NCBI GenBank assembly: GCA_034431195.1
Contig: DAOUDP010000025.1
Location: 20,220 to 84,219 of the forward strand
Direction: 5' to 3'
Source: Dehalococcoidia bacterium
GTDB taxonomy: Bacteria > Chloroflexota > Dehalococcoidia > GIF9 > AB-539-J10
Length of the DNA stretch: 64,000 nucleotides
In this document: piece by piece, positions 58,035 through 64,000 of the stretch
Layout: the number at the start of each line of letters is the position of its first letter
How positions within the stretch are numbered: position 1 is the first letter of the stretch
Made by a program: the position numbers and the translations under genes
The notes under the pieces: generated by a model
Told to the model about the DNA's origin: nothing
Database searches by the model: none
What the model saw: only the letters and a program-made list of their open reading frames with translations

Positions 58035-58220
58035 TTAACTGCTCTTCCTTATTTCCTCCATCTCCTTCTCCACCTCCTTTAGCTCTTCCTCTAATTCCCT
58101 TTTATAATCCTCAAGCATGCTGAGGTATTCCTCTTTACTTGGGAAAGGTCTTATGCCGTGAAAGTAGAAACCGAAGGGAGGAAAACCAAAGTAGAATCTC
58201 CAGGACTTTCTGCGCCACAT
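58035..58220 (-). CDS. Small protein with aromatic/Gly/Pro N-terminus and coiled-coil C-terminus (DUF5320-like)
   Basis: GGAGGTG RBS; FGFPPFGF..EEYLSMLEDYKRELEEELKEVEKEMEEI. Confidence 0.75.
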   Translation of the reverse strand: MWRRKSWRFYFGFPPFGFYFHGIRPFPSKEEYLSMLEDYKRELEEELKEVEKEMEEIRKSS

Positions 58221-58222
58221 CT

Positions 58223-58954
58223 CTATTCACCTCCTATGATTGGATGTCTCGCTGGTGTGCCGGCACGCCGCGGATATTTTTCTGGCGTGGGATATATTTT
58301 ATCAATGATTACTAGATAACGCTTATCGCTAAGTTCTTCCAGCTCTACTTTCTTCACCTGGTTCAATTTCCCCCCCAAAACATCAATGGCTTTACCTGCT
58401 TGGATCACTTCTTGTTCGATTTGTCCCTTCTTCTGAGCTATGAATTCCCCCCCAATTTGACAGAAAGGCAATGCTAGTTCCACTAATGCGGGTAGTGAAG
58501 CCACAGCGCGGGAGACAACCAAGGTGAAATTTTCACGGAATAGTGGCTGGTGGGCTATTTCCTCAGATCTGCCAACTACTACCTCTACATAGTCTAATTC
58601 CAGTTGGTCGATAACATGATGAAGGAAAGTCGCCTTCTTGGCTTTAGAATCAAGAAGCACTAATCTCGATTGGGTAAGAAAAACCTTAAGTGGTATGCCA
58701 GGGAAGCCGGCGCCGGTGCCTATATCGATAATGCTGAATCCAGGCTGTCTTAATTCCTCTTTTGTCAAAGCCAAAATCACAGTTAGTGAATCGAGGAAAT
58801 GTTTTATCTGGACTTCCTGGTAATCTGTTATCCTCGTGAGGTTAAATTTCTTGTTCCAACTCACCAATTCTTGATAGTAAAGCTTGAACTGGGTTATCTG
58901 CTTGTCATTGAGATTTATGCCCAGCTTCTGAGCGCCGTCAATGAGTTTTTGCAT
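58223..58954 (-). CDS. rsmG: 16S rRNA m7G527 methyltransferase
   Basis: WNKKFNLT, KHFLDS, DIGTGAGFPGIP, SRAVA, YPRRAG.P. Confidence 0.97.
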   Translation of the reverse strand: MQKLIDGAQKLGINLNDKQITQFKLYYQELVSWNKKFNLTRITDYQEVQIKHFLDSLTVILALTKEELRQPGFSIIDIGTGAGFPGIPLKVFLTQSRLVLLDSKAKKATFLHHVIDQLELDYVEVVVGRSEEIAHQPLFRENFTLVVSRAVASLPALVELALPFCQIGGEFIAQKKGQIEQEVIQAGKAIDVLGGKLNQVKKVELEELSDKRYLVIIDKIYPTPEKYPRRAGTPARHPIIGGE

Positions 58955-59589
58955 TATAGTGCTTCATCAAAGAAGGCAGCTACTTTTGTGGCGACGGTTG
59001 ATTCATATCCCCACCAGAAGTGGTCTGCACCCTCAATGCTCTCCCATTTCTTAGGCTGGGGAAGGCTCTGGCAGAACTCAACGAATTGAGGCAGAGGGGT
59101 GAAATTGTCCTCGCTCCCGGAGAGAAGAAGCTTAGGCTTGAAGCAATCTCTGAGGGGCTGGAAATCGAACATAGCAAGAGGTGGGGAAATTGCTGCCAGG
59201 GCTTTAACACGGTCGTCATTGAAGCAAGCAGGCAAAGCGAAGCCAGCGCCGGCTGAATAGCCAACGAGTCCAATCCTTTGTGACTCTATTTCCTTCACTG
59301 AAGTTGCAAAGGAGATTGCTGCTCTGACATCCTCCTGCGCGCCAATTCCGTGACTAAACTCCCCTTGACTTTCACCTACGCCGCGGAAGTTAAACCTGAA
59401 TGGAATGAGCGATTTTTGGCCGAGCGCTTCAAAGACGCTGATTACCACATTATTATCCATACTGCCGCCGAAGAGTGGGTGAGGATGACAGATTATAACT
59501 GCCGGGAAAGGCTCTGCATCTTCGGGTATGCCTAGTATGCCCTCTAGGAAAAGCTCACCACAGGGGAATTTTACTTTCCTGGTCATCAC
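58954..59589 (-). CDS. Alpha/beta hydrolase
   Basis: CHPHPLFGGSMDNNVV, RFNFRGVGESQG, GYSAGA, GSED, ADHF. Confidence 0.9.
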   Translation of the reverse strand: MMTRKVKFPCGELFLEGILGIPEDAEPFPAVIICHPHPLFGGSMDNNVVISVFEALGQKSLIPFRFNFRGVGESQGEFSHGIGAQEDVRAAISFATSVKEIESQRIGLVGYSAGAGFALPACFNDDRVKALAAISPPLAMFDFQPLRDCFKPKLLLSGSEDNFTPLPQFVEFCQSLPQPKKWESIEGADHFWWGYESTVATKVAAFFDEAL

Positions 59590-59750
59590 TCTAATTACGA
59601 TTCCACGGAGAGTTTCTATGACTCTGCAATCATGCCATAGAACTCGGGCCTTCTGTGATTGATAAAATTTGCCCCTGCCTACTACCGAGGGCTGGAACTA
59701 TTCCCCTTTGTTTTGCGTCTTTGAGGAAAAGGGTATCACACCATAGTTTT

Positions 59751-60959
59751 CTAAGCGTATGCTGAGAATCCCTTGCCCAGGATAGTGTAAGTACTTATTA
59801 ACTTCATCATCTCGCTTGTGCCATCAGGAACCGTCTGCATTCTGGCATCCCTGAAGTATCTCTCTAAGGGCAACTCCTGGGAAAGCCCATTTGCACCGTG
59901 AATCTGTATAGCGTGATATGTCACTTTGACCGCCGATTCACCTCCATACACTTTAGCCATTGATGAGAGTCTCCTGGCATCCGGGTCTCCCTTGTTGATT
60001 GTATCAATAGCTTTATATCCCAGGAGCCTTGCTGTTTCAATCAGAAGGTTCATCTCATAGAGCATATTCTGAATCAGCTGGTGCCTGCCAATAGGTTTCC
60101 CAAATGTAACTCTTTCCTTAGCATAGTTTACCGAAGCTTCAAAAGCTGCCTGGGCTATTCCCACCGACATCAATCCCATTCCTGCCCTGGGCAGTGTGAG
60201 CAGTGCGGTGGTCGGTGTCATCGTGGTGAACAATTTCGCATAGCCCGGCGACATCGGTGGCATCTGGCCTTTGGAGGCAGCATTCTGCAATATAGCGCCC
60301 ATCTCATTTTCTTTGGGAACCTTACAATTATCAAAGAACATCTCTCCGGTGTCTGATGCATTCCATCCTATCTTGTGTAGCGGACTTGTCTCCCATGGAG
60401 AAACCTCTTTCTCTATTAGAAGGAAGGTCTGTGCTCCTGTTTCGGGATCTTTTACCCCTACAAATGCTGTATCGCAAGTCACGGCATTGCTTATCCAGGT
60501 CTTTGTGCCATTAACGATGTAATAGTCTCCGTCCAGCTTGGCCGTGGTTTGAATGTCTCGGGTATCACACCCCGCCTCAGGTTCAGTCTCGGCGAAAGCC
60601 CCGACGAACTCTCCTTTTTCAAGTCTGGGAAGTACCCTGTTTTTTATACCATCCGAGGCTATCGGGACAAAAGTTGCTGGAATGGCACCCATGCCGCAAA
60701 GCGGCAACAAACTTGCCCAAACCTTCGATATTTCTTCTGACATTATCCCGAATAGCGTCGGGTCCAAAAATGCCTTCATGTTTTCAGGGTCAATGCCGAT
60801 ACCTATCTTTTGAAAGTTCTTATTTATCTCTATTTCCTCTTCTCTGGTAAATGGCCCTTCTCTGTCCCTTTTATCAACTATGGGGGCATATTCCCGTTGC
60901 ATGAAGTCTCGCAGAGCATCCCTGAACATCCTTTGCTCTTCAGTGAAGTCGAAATCCAT
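59751..60959 (-). CDS. Acyl-CoA dehydrogenase
   Basis: MDFDFTEEQ, AETEPEAGCD, NGTKTWISN, R.TFGKPI..HQLIQ, QIHGANG, ERYFRDAR, VPDGT. Confidence 0.93.
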   Translation of the reverse strand: MDFDFTEEQRMFRDALRDFMQREYAPIVDKRDREGPFTREEEIEINKNFQKIGIGIDPENMKAFLDPTLFGIMSEEISKVWASLLPLCGMGAIPATFVPIASDGIKNRVLPRLEKGEFVGAFAETEPEAGCDTRDIQTTAKLDGDYYIVNGTKTWISNAVTCDTAFVGVKDPETGAQTFLLIEKEVSPWETSPLHKIGWNASDTGEMFFDNCKVPKENEMGAILQNAASKGQMPPMSPGYAKLFTTMTPTTALLTLPRAGMGLMSVGIAQAAFEASVNYAKERVTFGKPIGRHQLIQNMLYEMNLLIETARLLGYKAIDTINKGDPDARRLSSMAKVYGGESAVKVTYHAIQIHGANGLSQELPLERYFRDARMQTVPDGTSEMMKLISTYTILGKGFSAYA

Positions 60960-61219
60960 AGAACACCTCCTTGTTTTTCCTCGGCTTTAGCGTGATAATT
61001 CACTGCTAATAACTGGGCTCATTGCGCGATGACGCAATTCTACCTTATGCTTCTTTTAAGGTCAACTGTGTATCGGTAACCTTTTATTGTAACTATGGTG
61101 CGGTTCTAACTTTTCTGAACAGAGGGAAATCCGGAGCCCTCATTAGAACTAATCATAACATAGCTTATCCCTTTGACGCTTGTGAGCAAAATTGGTAAGC
61201 TACATAATTCGGGGATGAA

Positions 61220-62566
61220 ATGAGCAGCAACGTGAGTATGGAGAAGATTGTCTCTTTGTGTAAGCGAAGGGGCTTTGTTTTTCCCAGTAGCGAGATCTAC
61301 GGTGGGCTGGCTAGCTGCTGGGATTACGGACCCTTTGGAGTGGAGCTTAAGCGAAACATTAAGGATGCTTGGTGGAAGACTATAGTTCAAGAGCGAGACG
61401 ATGTGGTTGGTCTGGAGACGAGCATCATGATGCATCCAAAAATCTGGGAAGCAAGCGGACACATCGATAGTTTCACTGATCCCTTGGTAGAGTGCAAGTC
61501 CTGCCACCTGAGGTGGCGAGCTGAAGAACTAGGGGATGAAAAATGCCCCAAATGTGGAGGCGAGTTAACTAAGCCCCGTATGTTTAATCTGATGTTCAAG
61601 ACTTTCATGGGTCCCGTTGAGGATGAGGCAAGCACTATTTATCTCCGTCCTGAGACTGCTCAGGGGATGTTTGTCAATTTTGAGAATGCCGTAACTATTT
61701 CAAGGAAAAAATTACCTTTGGGCATTGCCCAGATTGGTAAATCCTTTCGTAATGAAATTACACCGGGTAATTTTGTTTTCAGAACTAGAGAGTTTGAGCA
61801 TATGGAGGTGGAATACTTCGTCAAACCCGGGGATGATAAACATTGGTTCGATTACTGGGTAAAGGAACGGTTCAACTGGTATATTGCCCTTGGCATCAAA
61901 AAGGAAAACCTCCGTTTACGACAGCATAGCAAAGAGGAGTTAGCCCATTATGCTAAGGACTGCTATGACATTGAGTATCTGTTTCCTATGGGATGGGCAG
62001 AACTTGAGGGCATTGCTAATCGGGGGGATTATGATCTAACTCAGCATGCTAAATTTAGCGGCAAGGACCTCAGCTTTTATGATAATGAAAGTGGGCAGCA
62101 CTATGTTCCTTACATTATTGAGCCTTCTGCTGGTGTTGAACGTTCCTTTTTAGCTTTCCTCATCGATTCCTACCGTGAAGAAGTAGTGGAAGGTGAAAAA
62201 AGGGTAGTTTTGTCTCTCCATCCTTCTTTAACTCCCATAAAAGTAGCCATTCTACCTTTAAGCAGGAATGAAAAGCTAACTCCTTTGGCCAAGGAAATTT
62301 ATGGACAACTGCGTTCTAGCTTCATAACCTATTATGATGATTCTCAAAGTATAGGGCGAAGGTATCGACGCCAGGATGAAATTGGCTCGCTGTTCTGTGT
62401 TACCATAGATTTTGAGTCTCTGGAAGACCACCAAGTCACCATCAGGGATAGAGATAGCCTGGCACAAATCAGGGTGCCCATAAAGGAACTTGAGAAGACT
62501 TTGCGAGCCAAGCTGAGTGGTGAGCCCTTTGACGCTTCTCCATTATGGGCAACAAGGCAGAAATAA
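61220..62566 (+). CDS. glyQS: Glycine--tRNA ligase (alpha2, GlyQS type)
   Basis: KRRGFVFPSSEIYGG, FNLMF, YLRPETAQG, QIGKSFRNEI, RTREFE, IEPSAG, IGRRYRRQDEIG. Confidence 0.97.
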   Translation: MSSNVSMEKIVSLCKRRGFVFPSSEIYGGLASCWDYGPFGVELKRNIKDAWWKTIVQERDDVVGLETSIMMHPKIWEASGHIDSFTDPLVECKSCHLRWRAEELGDEKCPKCGGELTKPRMFNLMFKTFMGPVEDEASTIYLRPETAQGMFVNFENAVTISRKKLPLGIAQIGKSFRNEITPGNFVFRTREFEHMEVEYFVKPGDDKHWFDYWVKERFNWYIALGIKKENLRLRQHSKEELAHYAKDCYDIEYLFPMGWAELEGIANRGDYDLTQHAKFSGKDLSFYDNESGQHYVPYIIEPSAGVERSFLAFLIDSYREEVVEGEKRVVLSLHPSLTPIKVAILPLSRNEKLTPLAKEIYGQLRSSFITYYDDSQSIGRRYRRQDEIGSLFCVTIDFESLEDHQVTIRDRDSLAQIRVPIKELEKTLRAKLSGEPFDASPLWATRQK

Positions 62567-62583
62567 GATTACTCTAGATCAAA

Positions 62584-64000
62584 CTAGCTCATTAACCTGA
62601 ATGCGGTGACATCCACCAATCCCAAATCGGTCAATCTCAATTCGGGGATTACCGGTAAGGCGAGGAAGGAAAGGATGGAAAAGGGCGCGGGAGGCAAATT
62701 GCCTAAACTGGCAGCAGCTTTTTCTAGTTGTTCAAACTGAACTACCACTGTTTCCAAAGGCTCGGCGGAGAGCAATCCAGCGATGGGCAGTGGTAGGGAG
62801 GCTATGGTCTGTCCTGCAGCGTAGACGACAAGTCCACCTTGTAAATTTTCTATCTCCTCGATTGCAGTAAAGATGGCGGCATCATTGGTGCCTACTGCTA
62901 TTATATTGTGGGAATCATGGGCTATAGATGAAGCTAGTGCTCCTTTTTTCAGGCCAAAGCCTTTGACCAATCCTACCCCAATATTACCGCTAGCTTTATG
63001 CCGTTCCACCACCACGAGTTTCAGGATATCCCTTTCAATGTCAGAGATGATTATTCCCTGGTTGCTTTTGACCTTTTGCAATCTTTTTCTGGTAATTATT
63101 TGCCCCGGGACGATTTCAATGACTGGCTGAGTTTCGCTGTTGGCGGTTAGCCTAAGTTGCTCAGTGGTAAATGGCTTCTTAATATGCACTGTATTTGTCA
63201 ATTCAGGTGCGATTTGGGGTGTTGAGGATAGACATTTACCTTTTTTAGCTACCAGCTTACCTTGATAGAACACCATATCTACAGCTAATTTGGGAAGTTC
63301 GGTGAAGGTGATGAGATGAGCCAGGTAGCCTGGGGCAATAGCCCCAAGGTTACCAAGCTGGAAATATTCGGCGGTATTTATGGTAGCCAATTGCAAAGCT
63401 CGAATTGGGTCTAGTCCACGGCTAATGGCTTTTCTCACCACGGCGTCGACATCACCTTCCCGGAGCAAGTCAGAGCAAGTGCGATCATCCACTACAAAGA
63501 AACATCTTTTGTAAGTATTGTCATTAATTAGTGGCAGAAGGGCGTCAAGGTTCTTCTCTGAGGAACCTTCTCTAATCATGAGGTACATTCCCAGTTTTAA
63601 CCTTTCTCTACCTTCTTCAAAAGTTGTGCATTCGTGGTCGGACAGGACTCCCGCTGCCTTATAGGCATTGAGTTTTTTGCCACTGAGTCCTGGGACATGT
63701 CCGTCAATTATTTTGCCTTGTGCAGCATTAATTTTGCGTAGTATTTCGTTATCACCATTTATTACGCCGGGGAAATTCATCATTTCCCCCAGTCCGATAA
63801 CATTTTGGAGGGTGAGGATTTGCTCTATTTCTTCCACACTGATTCTGGCACCTGATGTCTCGAGAGAAGTTGATGGTACACATGAAGGAGCCATGAAGAA
63901 TATGTCCATGGGCAAGTTTTGTACCCAATCAATAACAAATCTTATGCCTTGGATGCCACAAACATTGGCGAGTTCATGCAGGTCGGTGACTGAGGCTAAA
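62584..64000 (-). CDS. ade: Adenine deaminase (5' end beyond window)
   Basis: DPHELANV, GLGEMMNFPGV, DGH.PG, DHEC, REGS, VDD, SSIAHDSHNI, LALPVIP; frame open to the window edge. Confidence 0.93.
   Translation of the reverse strand, partial: LASVTDLHELANVCGIQGIRFVIDWVQNLPMDIFFMAPSCVPSTSLETSGARISVEEIEQILTLQNVIGLGEMMNFPGVINGDNEILRKINAAQGKIIDGHVPGLSGKKLNAYKAAGVLSDHECTTFEEGRERLKLGMYLMIREGSSEKNLDALLPLINDNTYKRCFFVVDDRTCSDLLREGDVDAVVRKAISRGLDPIRALQLATINTAEYFQLGNLGAIAPGYLAHLITFTELPKLAVDMVFYQGKLVAKKGKCLSSTPQIAPELTNTVHIKKPFTTEQLRLTANSETQPVIEIVPGQIITRKRLQKVKSNQGIIISDIERDILKLVVVERHKASGNIGVGLVKGFGLKKGALASSIAHDSHNIIAVGTNDAAIFTAIEEIENLQGGLVVYAAGQTIASLPLPIAGLLSAEPLETVVVQFEQLEKAAASLGNLPPAPFSILSFLALPVIPELRLTDLGLVDVTAFRLMS

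Noticed and set aside
59660-59745. c-di-GMP-I riboswitch (GACGCAAA on the minus strand)
   Set aside because: The P1/P2 GGCAAAC..GAAA architecture is absent
61000-61219. T-box leader before glyQS
   Set aside because: No AAGGTGGTACC-like T-box or terminator; only a generic hairpin at about 61104-61149
270-63130. Numerous short ORFs antisense or out-of-frame within identified genes
   Set aside because: Shadow ORFs fully overlapping genes with clear family motifs

Overview
Bacterial chromosomal segment with no rRNA, CRISPR array or reductive dehalogenase. It is most likely from an uncultured Dehalococcoidia (Chloroflexota); this is inferred from the pgk-tpiA-miaA-dapF-dapL-hflX and tmk-mnmA-yraN housekeeping blocks, the alpha2-type GlyRS and the GTCATTGCGAG-type palindromic repeats. 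The window has three zones. (1) 1-32.1 kb is a dense accessory catabolic region. It holds a beta-oxidation trio, a pentose isomerase/xylulokinase pair with a FucI-like isomerase and a GH5, a FrhB-like/IorAB/LUD-LutB operon, an ICL/PEP-mutase + split UxaA + GlcD-like cluster ending in an archaeal-type RNase HII, and an amidohydrolase/4-hydroxybutyryl-CoA dehydratase/SDR/CCG/FAD operon. (2) 32.6-41.8 kb starts at tRNA-Leu(TAG), which is overlapped by the C-terminal remnant of a probable large serine recombinase. A PAS-GAF kinase/NarL pair follows, then a compact GltD-like-2x[4Fe-4S]-MvhD fusion + MetV + MetF (MTHFR) operon, a REC-REC protein and a frameshifted IS1380. (3) 41.9-64 kb is mostly core genes, interrupted by two divergent tandem acyl-CoA ligases and a decayed acyl-CoA dehydrogenase fragment. 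Best leads: the HdrABC-free MTHFR electron-input fusion; three genes (hflX, the LUD gene, the NarL regulator) that appear to start at ATA/ATT with good Shine-Dalgarno sites; a palindromic repeat inserted in-frame in dapF; a probable pseudo-enzyme ligase pair; and a duplicated promoter cassette. All family assignments come from motif recognition, not database searches.
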